The notes beneath the pieces were generated by a model. The model saw nothing but the letters and a program-made list of their open reading frames with translations, did no database searches and had not been told where the DNA came from. A stretch of 64,000 bases of DNA, from positions 165,602,001-165,666,000 of the forward strand of contig NC_042998.1 in NCBI RefSeq assembly GCF_006345805.1, written 5' to 3'. This stretch comes from Octopus sinensis. Its lineage: Eukaryota. This document shows positions 1-10,335 of the stretch, in pieces. The translations under genes were made by a program, and so were the position numbers. Every line of letters starts with the position of its first letter. The stretch's first letter is position 1.

Positions 1-201
1 ATACTATATATATATATATATATTTACATATAAAATATATATAAAGTAATTTATAAGTAAAATAAAAACAATTTTAAATTTAATAATTTAAATTTTAGAA
101 TTTTGTAAATTATATTAGTTATTTTTATTTTTATGTTTTGGTTTAGGTTTTTCACTGTTTGATTTGCCTAATAGTAGGTTATCTCTAAATTTTTTAATTT
201 A

Positions 202-283
<82 letters not shown>

Positions 284-402
284 TAGGCATATTTTATATA
301 TATATTATATATATATATTATATATTATATATTATATCATATATTAGTATATAATTATATATATATAAGAATATATATAATATATAGTATTTATATATAA
401 TA

Positions 403-444
<42 letters not shown>

Positions 445-510
445 TATATATTATATATATAGATATTATATATTATATTATATATATCATATTATATATA
501 TATAATATAT
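1..510. repeat. Degenerate (AT)n microsatellite/low-complexity tract
   Basis: TA dinucleotide runs interleaved with AT-rich spacer. Confidence 0.9.
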
Positions 511-512
511 AT

Positions 513-677
513 ACGACAGGCTTCTTTCAGTTTCTGTCTACCAAATCCCACTCACAAGGCTTTGGTCGGTCCGAGGCTATAGTAGAAGACACTTGCCCAA
601 GATGCCACGCAGTGGGACTGAACCCGGAACCATGTGGTTGGTAAGCAAGCTACTTACAACACAGCCACTCCTGCGCC
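513..677 (-). mobile_element. tRNA-derived SINE family A (CORE-like), head and core
   Basis: Minus strand reads GGCGCAGGAGTGGCTGTGT..TAAG (A box), GGTTCCGGGTTCAGTCCC (B box), then CTTGGGCAAGTGTCTT (CORE-like). Many copies occur in the window. Confidence 0.9.
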
Positions 678-1293
678 GATATTATATATATATATTTATT
701 CATATTATTAATAATTATATATATATATATATTATATATATATTATATTATATCTTATATATATATTATATATATATATATATTTTACATAATATATATA
801 TATATATATATATATAATCCTCCATGCCATCTCCAGCTCTTCAGTTTTCTGTAGGGATGGACAGTAAAAGTTTGGATGATGAGTGTGCATCTAGGCTTTT
901 TCAGAGGTCTAAGTGGTTAGGAGGGCCAACAACATGCTGGTAATACATGTTCTTTGTCTATCTCCTTATCCTCTTGGTGATTTGGGATAAAATTATACAA
1001 ATGAGTCCTTCGAATTTAGCTAAATTCTATATTTTTATGCACTGAAGATTGCTCTACATTTTAAATTGACGTAATGTTTGCATTGTTCAATTAAATGGAG
1101 TCGCATGTTACGATCGTACTGCATTACCTATGGATATCCTTGTTGCTTATTTTAATTATAATCACCTTATTTTAAATTATATGGATAATACCATACTAAA
1201 TTCTGGTGCCTTCAACTTAAGTATCATAATTATCTGAATCTAAATTTTACTGAACTTTAATATATATATATATATATATATATGCAATATATT

Positions 1294-1690
1294 CGACTAG
1301 CTTCTTTCATATTTCGTCTACTAAATCCACTCACAAGGCTTTGATCGCCCCGAAGCTATAGTAGAAGGCACTTGCCCAAGATGTCTCGCAATAGCACTGA
1401 ACCCGAAACCATGTGGTTGAGAAGCAAGCTTCTTATTTCTTTATTGCCCACAAGGGGCTAAACATAGATGGGACAAACAAGGACAGACAAAGGGATTAAG
1501 TCTATTACATTGACCCAGTGCGTAACTGGTACTTAATTTATCGACCTCGAAAGGATGAAAGGCAAAGTCGACCTTGGCAGAATTTGAACTCAGAACGTAA
1601 AGGCAGACGAAATACCGTTAAGCATTTCGTCCAGCGTGCTAACTTTTCTGCCAGCCCACCACAAACTTCTTACCATACAGTCACTCTATT
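1294..1690 (-). mobile_element. SINE A copy interrupted by a nested SINE B (1433-1659)
   Basis: SINE A sequence stops at AAGCTTCTTA and resumes at AAACTTCTTACCATACAG after a complete SINE B; CTTCTTA is duplicated (TSD-like). Confidence 0.8.
1433..1659 (-). mobile_element. tRNA-derived SINE family B, B1 tail
   Basis: Minus strand has GCTGGCAGAA..GTTAGCACGC..GAGTTCAAATTC, the central GCCTTTCATCCTTTCGAGGTCGATAAATTAAGTACCAG block, and the TTTGTCCC..GCCCCTTGTGGGCAATAAAGAAATA tail. Confidence 0.9.
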
Positions 1691-1710
1691 TTTTTTCAAG
1701 AATAGTGTTG

Positions 1711-1756
1711 ACAAGTGACTTCGAAGTTTCGACCAGCTTAGCCTTCATCGGACTGT
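1711..1756 (-). ncRNA. Type I hammerhead ribozyme motif (near-canonical, U4C)
   Basis: Minus strand: ACAGU-CCGAUGA-A-GGC(UAAGCUG)GUC-GAAA-CUUCGAAGU-C/ACUUGU. Stem I pairs with one bulge, stem III is the palindrome ACUUCGAAGU, and the predicted GUC cleavage is between 1717 and 1716. Confidence 0.65.
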
Positions 1757-1759
1757 GGT

Positions 1760-2560
1760 ATATCTGAGTTTATCTTGGCTTTATATAGACTCTTTTTTCT
1801 GGAGTAGGTGGAGTACTGAGGAACGACAATTAGATTATAGGGGGAATTCTGATAGAAAGATATTATAGAATCATTTTTATTCATAAAAGTTAGAGTTGTG
1901 TAACTGTCCAAGATTCAGTCATGCACGTAAAACTTTATAATCAGGTGTATATGTTTAGGTGCGTTAGCTTCAGGTATTGGGGTTGTTTTTTAGGATTCAC
2001 AAAAAAAAATATTGGTCAGCAGATGTGTAACTAGGTTTAGTTATTGCTGTTGATATCATTTGTACACTGACCTGACATTTAATCTGTTTATTTGGAAAAG
2101 AGTAGGTTATTACTCAGAGTTCAGTTCAACATGTAAGACTTTCCAGTTATTATGTTGTGTTAATTTAGATGTATCAGCTTTAGGTCATAGAGTTTTTACT
2201 ATAGAAATTTGGTTATCTTGTTTTTTTTTAAGGCTTCACACTTGAATATAAGTAGGTGAGAATGTTGGTTGGTTCGCAAATTTCTTTTCTTGTTGGTGTT
2301 ATTTGAATATTACTTAGGGGCTTTAACTTGTTTGATTGGGAAGGTAGAGGTTATTGTTCAGAGTTCACTCAGGTGTGAAAGAGCTTGTAAGAAGGTTTAT
2401 TATTAAGTTTATTTATTATGTCATGGTGTTTTAGATATAGCAATCTGTTTAGCCCGTTATTTAAGATCCACAAAAGTATATAAATAAGTAGAAAGATTAG
2501 TTGATCAGTAGATTTCTAATTTGGAGTTAATTGTTCCAGATGTTATCTGATTAATATTTA
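1760..2560 (-). pseudogene. Highly decayed Penelope-like element relic upstream of the HHR
   Basis: Minus-strand translation contains EPTNILTYL (cf. PLE RT KPTNxxxYL) preceded by FHT*VNSEQ*PLPS (cf. FTxExSxxxLPFL); many stops. Confidence 0.35.
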
Positions 2561-3164
2561 GAAAATTTTAACTATATAAGTAAATCTTCCACAAACCTTT
2601 AACTCCCCCAAAACACAAATGTTAAATTCAAACTTTACATTCAAATAAACTAGCATATAAATAACGAATTGTAAGAGAGTTGCAAGAGACTGACTTGCGT
2701 TAATCGTTCCGGATCTCCACGCTCTGGATTCAAATCTCACCGAGGTCAGATTTACTTCTCGTTCTTTTGGGGGTCGATAAATAAAGTAGTAGCTTTGTCT
2801 TTTCAGTAATTCATCTCTCTCTTTCTGAATATGTCTGTCTTTCTGTTTAGAAGAAATTTGCTGGAGAGGGATGAACCCCTAAGAATTAAAGTGCATGGCA
2901 TATGTCAACATGGCGTATGTCAACATGGCGTATCTCAACAACGACTCTCCTACAAATTCATCGATAAGTCGAGGGCCAATGACAAATTAAAGCACATATA
3001 TTTATGTCCCTTCCTAGGACAGAGATCCAATTTTCTAGCAGAAATGTTTATGGATAATGAGTAGCAACTGGTGTTGATCAAACTATGCTTTCATACTGAT
3101 CATTCTATCACTCTATCAGATACAAGCAAATAGGGTGTGTGTATAATATATATATATATATATA

Positions 3165-3196
<32 letters not shown>

Positions 3197-3897
3197 AATA
3201 TATATACATAAAACTCTAGATATACATTTCAATTTGCAACATGGATTCAAAAACGGATGTATGAAAAATGTATACTTAAAATATTTCCGCATTGTTTTCT
3301 TCCCCACGATTACGTCTAAGTAATTTTTACAAATTCATTTTCATAAATTATTGCTGTGAAATTTTACTCCTTTCTACTTCATAGATCCCTATTACACGAA
3401 GAAATATTCTCGTTAGAACTTTGAAATATATGCTCACATCAGTAACGAATGCATGTGCACTCACACACACACGCGTGCACAAATACGTATGCCCCTCTCA
3501 CAGACACACAGTCACGCACACAAACATATTAACGTCTTAGATTTTAGTTCCTATATATATATATATATATATATAGACATAAATATATGTATATATGTAT
3601 ATATGAAGAGAGATAAATGCACGCATATTCAATTAAATTTATGTATTTATCCATCAATCACAATGCAATTATTGCTACTTAATATAGAATGGATTACGTA
3701 AGACATCGGACGCTAGCATTTTTATGTATTTTGATACTCCATGTTTCTTCATACTTTAACACAAGCAATACGACTTCAGTTATAAATTATTAAATGCTTG
3801 ATTTCACCTAAAATAGTTTATCTAATAATATAAATGTATTACACACAAACACACACACACCCACACACACACACACACCACACACACAACACACGCA

Positions 3898-3966
<69 letters not shown>

Positions 3967-3967
<1 letters not shown>

Positions 3968-4174
3968 CTTTACTACCCACAAGGGGTCAAACATAGAGGG
4001 GACAAACAAGGACAGACAAAGGGATTAAGTCGATTACATCGACCCCAGTGGGTAACTGGTACTTAATTTATCGACCCCGAAAGGATGAAAAGCAAAGTCG
4101 ACCTCGGTGGAATTTGAACTCACAACGTAACGACAGACGAAATACCGCTAAGCATTTCGCCCGGCGCGCTAACG
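3967..4174 (-). mobile_element. SINE B (B1 tail), head truncated
   Basis: Matches 1433-1659. Confidence 0.9.
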
Positions 4175-4194
4175 TTATATATATATACATATAT

Positions 4195-4420
4195 ACAACT
4201 GGCTTCTTTCAGTTTCCGTCTACCAAATCCACTCACAACGCTTTGGTCGGCTCAAAGCTACAGTAAGAGACACGTACTCGAGATGCCACATAGTGGGACT
4301 AAATCCGGGAATATGTTGTTTGGAGTCAAGGTTCTTTATTTCTTACATTGCCTTCATGGCAATGTAAGAAAGCAAGCTTCTTACCACACAGCCCCGTCTA
4401 TGCTTGTGTCACACAGCCCC
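4195..4420 (-). mobile_element. SINE A head/core with hairpin insertion
   Basis: Matches 513-677, with an ~45-nt insertion at about 4327-4370. Confidence 0.75.
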
Positions 4421-4426
4421 GCTTGT

Positions 4427-4788
4427 GCGCAGGAGTGGCTGTGTGGTAGGTAGCTTGCTAACCAACCACATGGTTCCGAATTTAGGCCCACTGCGTGGCA
4501 CCTTGGTCAAGTGTCTTCTACTATAGCCTCGGGCTGGCCAAAGCCTTGTGAGTGGATTTGGTAGACGGAAACTAAAGGAAGCCCGTGTCTGTTTGTCCCC
4601 AACCATCGCTTGACAACAGATGTTGGTGCACTTACGTACCCGTAACTTAGCGGTTCGGCAAAAGACACCGAGAGAATAAGTTCTATGGCTTACAAAAAAT
4701 AAGTCCTGGCGTTGATTTATTCGACTAAAGGCGGTGCTCCGCGATGACCGCAGTCAAATGACTGAAACAAATAAAGAAAAGAATAAAA

Positions 4789-4790
<2 letters not shown>
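4427..4790 (+). mobile_element. SINE A, near full length, almost no internal microsatellite
   Basis: Head, CORE-like block and 3' module (CTTGACAAC.GATG.TGGTG...GACTGAAACAAATAAAGAAAAGAATAAAAGA). Confidence 0.9.
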
Positions 4791-4833
<43 letters not shown>

Positions 4834-4835
<2 letters not shown>

Positions 4836-5240
4836 CGCAGGAGTGGCTGTGTGGTAAGTAGCTTGCTTACCAACCACGTGGTTTCGGGTTCAGGCCCACT
4901 GCGTTGCACCTTGGGCAAGTATCTTCGACTATAGCCTCGAGTCGACCAAAACCTTGTGAGTGGATTTGGTAGACGGAAATCCACTCACAAGGAGCCCTTC
5001 GTATATATATAGATGTGTGTGTGTGTGTGTGTATGTGTGTTCGTATGTGTGTGTATGTGTTGTGTGCCTGTGTTTGACAACCGATGCTGGTGTGTTTACG
5101 TCTTCGTAACTTAACGGTTCGGCAAAAAGCAACGATAGAATAAGTACTAGGCTTACAAAGGATAAGTCCTTGGGTCGATTTGTTCGACTAAAGGCGGTGT
5201 TCCAGCGTGACCGCAGTGAAATGACTGAAACAAATAAAAG
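4834..5240 (+). mobile_element. SINE A, full length, internal (TA)(TG)n
   Basis: Same bipartite structure; contains a fold-back at 4952-4992. Confidence 0.9.
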
Positions 5241-5266
5241 TATATATATACACATATACATATATA

Positions 5267-5332
<66 letters not shown>

Positions 5333-5580
5333 TATATATATATATATATATACATGCACATATGTATGTATGTATGATTTTTTTTGTCCCTCAAAAAAGA
5401 AAATGAAAATCGATTGAAAGTATCAAGAATATCAACATCTATCTAAAAATTATGTAAATGACGATCTTAAGAATTCTATGTTTAAGTTTCTGTACTAGTA
5501 TAACTAATTTCCGAGAAATGATATAGTTCGTTTTTGTATTTGGTTTGCAAGATTCTTTATATGAGTTTGTGTGTTGAAGC

Positions 5581-5860
5581 ATATTCTGTTGTGTCTGGGG
5601 TGAGTCATTTTCTTTTTGTGCCTTATAATGTAACACTCTCACCGGTAAAATTTCCACTTATTTCTTATTTTTATTTTCCTAAAATTTTCGTTGCGACTTG
5701 CAACCTTTTCAGTAGAGAGTCAAGACTACTGAAAAGGTTGCAAGTCGCAACGAAAGTTTTAGGAAAATAAAAATAAGAAATAAGTGGAAATTTTACAGGT
5801 GAGTGTGTTACATTATAAGGTACAAAAAGAAAATGACTATCCCCTGACACAACAGGATAT
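5581..5860. repeat. Near-perfect palindrome with 135-bp arms and a 10-nt loop
   Basis: 5581-5715 is the reverse complement of 5726-5860 with only a handful of mismatches. Confidence 0.95.
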
Positions 5861-7376
5861 TATAGTTAATATTGTGATAGATCTCTAGTATGTTAATTAT
5901 CCCAGTACTTCGAACGACCTAAGAAAGTATAAACAAAGTACCTACATAGCTGACCCACTTGTTTAGTTAAATACTTAACATTTCTAAATTAACCTACGAC
6001 ACTGCCTACTCTTTCATATTTGAGATATAGAAAACGAAAACTCACGTGAATATAAGTGAATATACAACATTGATATGATAACAGCTTTGTTCTAGACTAC
6101 CTGTTGTAACTTTCTGCAGCCTAAGCGAACTGAACTTCCCGTCTATAGCAAGTTCGTTTCATGATCTCCTAAACAGGAAGTTAGCTTCTGCCATGTTTTT
6201 TCAGCTTTCTAATATTCACACCATGCTGTTTTCAATGCAAATACTTGAAAAGTTAGCTCCAAGAGTTTGTTGTTTAAACAAATAGATGTTAAAATGGTTG
6301 TGTCTATCATCTGGATATGGTTTTGACATACTATTCCCACCCAAAGGGTTTGTGGACTTTTCTTTCTTCCTCTTTTCATTTCGCCGTCAGATTTTTTTCA
6401 AATTTATTGCACGCAATCGCTCTTTGCCTTTTTTTACTTCAGAACTAAACTACTATATATTTGTTGATTTCATTGTTATTATTTATCTTCAGATCAGCTC
6501 TTTTCAAGCACATTAATGATCAAAAGCATTGGAGTCATTGCCATATCGTTTTTTTATTTGGCGGTGGATTTTTTTTTTGCATATCATGGACACTATCCAA
6601 TATTTTCTGCATTTTTCATTACGGTATGTGATGGTTTGAGAGAGATTTCACAGCTGTTTCTAGTAAGTTGAAGCGCTTAGAGGTACCCATTTTGGCTTGC
6701 GTGTTATATTTTTCAAAAGTATTATATGATTTAAAACCCCACCACAACCGTCGTTCACGTTGACATTTATCCTTCTCAAATCACCAAAATGAAAACTATA
6801 ACTAAACTGAGATCTAAATCTCTAAACGTTAATGGGCTTTAAGGTAAAATCCAATACTATATGGCTAAATAAAATCATGAGGAAAGATTTAACAAGAGAC
6901 ATTTTCTTTTTCAGTTTTTAGATAAAAGTGTAGCTAACAATTACTAATCAAATTCAATCAAATGAATGTGAAAGCGCTAAATTACAAATAACTGTATTTA
7001 TAATTTTTGTTCAAAACTTCAAATCCTACTAGAGTTAACTTCACCTTCCATTTATCAGTGGTCAGTAATTTTAACATCTGTAATATTGATTTTAATTCAG
7101 CCAAATGACTTCAGTTTTGGTTTGGGGTAGTTAGTCGATACCACTGGCTCCATTACTTGAGTAGTACTTCATTTTATCGACTTTGAAAGGATGAAAGCAA
7201 AGTTGATCTCGGCAGACTTTGAACTCAAAACACGAAGATTTGGAGAAAAGTATTCGACTGTTATTCCCCACCATCTCTTGTTTTTCACTTAAGTGGTCGA
7301 ATTCGTATATGCATATATGTGTGTTTGTGTGTGTGTGTGTGTGTGTGTATGTATATATAATATATATATTATTATA

Positions 7377-7443
<67 letters not shown>

Positions 7444-7445
<2 letters not shown>

Positions 7446-7997
7446 ATGTAGGATAAAATCTTTTTTTTTCGAAAAAAATTTTATCAATGGCCAGCATATT
7501 AAAAAATACCTTTAGAGGTTAAATTTATAAACAAATTATAAATAAGGGCAAACGAAAAAATTTCTAATGCCAAACATGCTGAAATAAGACACATTGTCCA
7601 TAACAATATAATTTACCACAATACGCACGCTACTCGAAAAAGGTCGACAGTAATTTCTAAAAAATTCCGTTATTACCATATCGGACCGATTTCAGGGTTA
7701 GTTCATAAGAACCCTCCCTTCGTCAGTGATAAATGCGGCAAAAGAAATAAATGAAATACTTACTCATACCCATTGAAGAAGCAAACACTAAGTTATGAGC
7801 ACAACTAAGTACCCCGAATATATCCAAAATAGAAATTCACCAGCCCATTCAAGACACGTGCGATTCGAACTGAAACTCTCACAGAGTGAGGGAGTCCGGA
7901 AGTGAACCGTATTAAATTTATATGTAATGTAGGATAATTTTTTTTTTCCGAAAAAGATTTTATCAATGGCCAGCATATAAAAAGTACCTTTAAAGGT
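7444..7997 (-). mobile_element. Retrozyme-like / PLE pLTR-like unit (481-nt period, ~75-bp terminal direct repeats) with HHR
   Basis: TAATGTAGGATAA...TATCAATGGCCAGCATA...TACCTTTARAGGT occurs at 7444-7519 and 7925-7997; HHR at 7667-7738. Confidence 0.7.
7667..7738 (-). ncRNA. Type I hammerhead ribozyme, canonical core
   Basis: Minus strand: CCGCAU-UUAUCA-CUGACGA-AGGG(AG-GGUUC-UUAU-GAACU-AA)CCCU-GAAA-UCG(GUC)CGA-UA/UGGUAA-UAA-CGG. All core nucleotides are present and stems I-III pair. Predicted AUA cleavage is between 7679 and 7678. Confidence 0.9.
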
Positions 7998-9205
7998 ATT
8001 TGTCCTTACTCTGAACTGCTTCTCGTTCGCGGGCGAGTTCTACCATCAGGTCTCGGGAGTGGCCATGGGAACGCGAATGGGCCCCAACTATGCGAACCTG
8101 TTCGTTGGCTATGTTGAGGCCCAAATATTCTCTAATTTCACTGGTCCCACTCCTGAACTATATGGTCGTTACATTGACGACATTATCGGTGCCACCTCAC
8201 TCTCCCGCGAACATCTAGATTCCTTCCTCTCTTTCGTCCAATCTTTCCATCCAGCCCTCCACTTCACTTCCACTATCTCCAACACTTCTGTCTCCTTCCT
8301 CGACATTTCGGTTAGCATTCTTCACTCCACTCTTACCACCTCCATTCACTACAAACACACAGACTCACACTCATACCTCAACTTCTCTTCCTCCCACCCA
8401 GAACACACCAAGCTTTCCATCCCCTATTCCCAATTCCTCCGTCTACGTAGGCTCTGTAGTGACGACCATGACTTTGAGACTCAGTCTCAACGTATGGCTC
8501 ACCACTTCACCCTACGTGATACCCCCTCACCACTATCCACACCGCCCTTGCCAGAGCACGGTCCGTGGACCGTGTATCTGCTCTCTCTCCCCGAACCCGC
8601 CCTGTAGTCTCCCCCCGCCTCCCTTTCCCCTCACTTACCACCCCCACGACCCTACGTCTCCAACGCACCATTCTTCGAGCTTTCCGTCATCTCCAGTCCG
8701 ACCCGTCCACTTCACACCTCTTCCCTAACCGACCCATCCCCTCTTTCAAACGAGCCCACAACCTTCGAGACCTTTTGGTCCATAGCTCCTTCCCTGACCC
8801 TACCTCCCAACCGGCTCGTTCCCCTGCTCCCGCCCACGTTGCCGCACTTGCCCCTCTCCAACACCACCCGCCTCACTAGCACCCACCATCGACCCTATCC
8901 CATCATCCACTCCTTCACCTGCACCTCCAGCAATATTATCTATTGCATCTCTTGCTCTCTCTGCAATTCCTTGTACATCGGACAAACGGGACGCCGCTTG
9001 GCTGACCGGTTCGCGGAACACCTTCGTGACATCCACCTTGCGAACGACACACGGTCTCACGCCATTTCCGCTCCACCGGTCACTCCTTGCAACACCTATC
9101 TGTGTTCGGTTTGTCCTTACACAGAGGCCATCCGGATTCCCGTTTGCGCCGTGAACAGGAATTAATCTTCTCTCTTCGCTCTTATACGCCATTTGGTCTC
9201 AACTC
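7998..9205 (+). pseudogene. 5'-truncated Penelope-like element, RT plus GIY-YIG endonuclease, frameshifted
   Basis: FVLTLNCFSFAGEFYHQVSGVAMGTRMGPNYANLF, RYIDD, YKHTDSHSYL..SSHP, then TCTSSNIIYCISCSLCNSLYIGQTGRRLADRFAEH. Several frameshifts split it over ORFs 8059, 8459, 8565 and 8839. Confidence 0.95.
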
Positions 9206-9510
9206 TCCCCCCCCCCTCATCTAACCCCCCTCTCCCCCTCCTCACCTATCCTTTCCCCCCGACCCCTACTTCTTCAGTCCTTCATCCTTTCACCCCTACT
9301 CCCCTTCCCTTCTTCCCTCTTTCTCCCTCCCTCTTCCCCTTCCCTCTGCTCCCTCACTCCCTCTCTCCCCTTCTCTCTCCCCTTCTCTCTCCCCCTCTCC
9401 CTCTTTCCTCCTTCATCCCCCTCCTCCCCTTACTTCTCCCCCATCCTCTCCTCCCCCTCTTCTTCCCCTCCCCTTCTCTCCCCCCCTCTTCTCCCCCCCT
9501 CTTCTCCTCA
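9206..9510. repeat. CT-rich polypyrimidine low-complexity tract (PLE 3' region)
   Basis: Almost purely C/T on the + strand. Confidence 0.85.
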
Positions 9511-9551
9511 CTACACCACATGACTTTACACATCAATCACATATGATGTGC

Positions 9552-9885
9552 CATACTAATACATACACCAACTAATACATACTAATACGTACTAATACAT
9601 ACTAGTACATACTAATACATACACCAACCCTATACATACACACGTCCAGACCCCGCATACGCACTTATACTCTCTCATACACACACACACACACTTATAC
9701 ATACTAATACGTACTAATAAATACTAATACATACTAATACATACACCAACCCCATACATACGCACGTCCAGACCAATCCTACGCACTAATACTCTCTCAT
9801 ACACACACACACACACACCCTTATACATACTAATACATACACCAACCCTATACACACATCCAGACCCCTCCCACGCACTATTAGC
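9552..9885. repeat. Degenerate compound tandem repeat (~90-120-bp units)
   Basis: CATACTAATA sub-units; the anchor CACCAACCC.ATACA..(G/A)TCCAGACC recurs at about 9644, 9766 and 9858. Confidence 0.8.
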
Positions 9886-9892
9886 TGGTCCC

Positions 9893-9978
9893 TCAACCCT
9901 ATTATCAACCCTATTATCAACCCTATTATCAACCCTATTATCAACCCTATTATCAACCCTATTATCAACCCTATTATC
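9893..9978. repeat. Perfect 12-bp minisatellite (TCAACCCTATTA)x7
   Basis: Seven identical units counted directly. Confidence 0.95.
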
Positions 9979-10061
9979 TCCCCTTATTTCGCTCTCGCGT
10001 CTCATGTTTGATCTTTGACCTCTGGCCGAAATCAGATCGCCATGTTGATTCGTTAGCTAAT

Positions 10062-10250
10062 GCACGCATTTTTTTTTTCTCTCCTTCTTTCTGTGTTTTT
10101 TTTCTCTCTGTGTATATTTCTGTTGAAGAGCGTAGGCTCGAAACGTTAAAGACTTGTTTTATTTATATTTCCTGAGCGCCATACTAATACAATTGTTCGT
10201 TTGTTTTCCACCTGCCTTCGTCTTTTGTTTATTTTCATAAAGCTTCCCGT
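10062..10250 (+). mobile_element. Short dispersed repeat with variant HHR-like motif (probable PLE 3' terminus/pLTR)
   Basis: Closely similar to 30803-30990 and related to 21445-21595; motif at 10117-10150; followed by (TA)n. Confidence 0.8.
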
Positions 10251-10260
10251 TATATATATA

Positions 10261-10335
<75 letters not shown>

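Noticed and set aside
4427-4500. tRNA genes at SINE heads
   Set aside because: A and B boxes are present but no complete cloverleaf; the sequence continues into SINE body.
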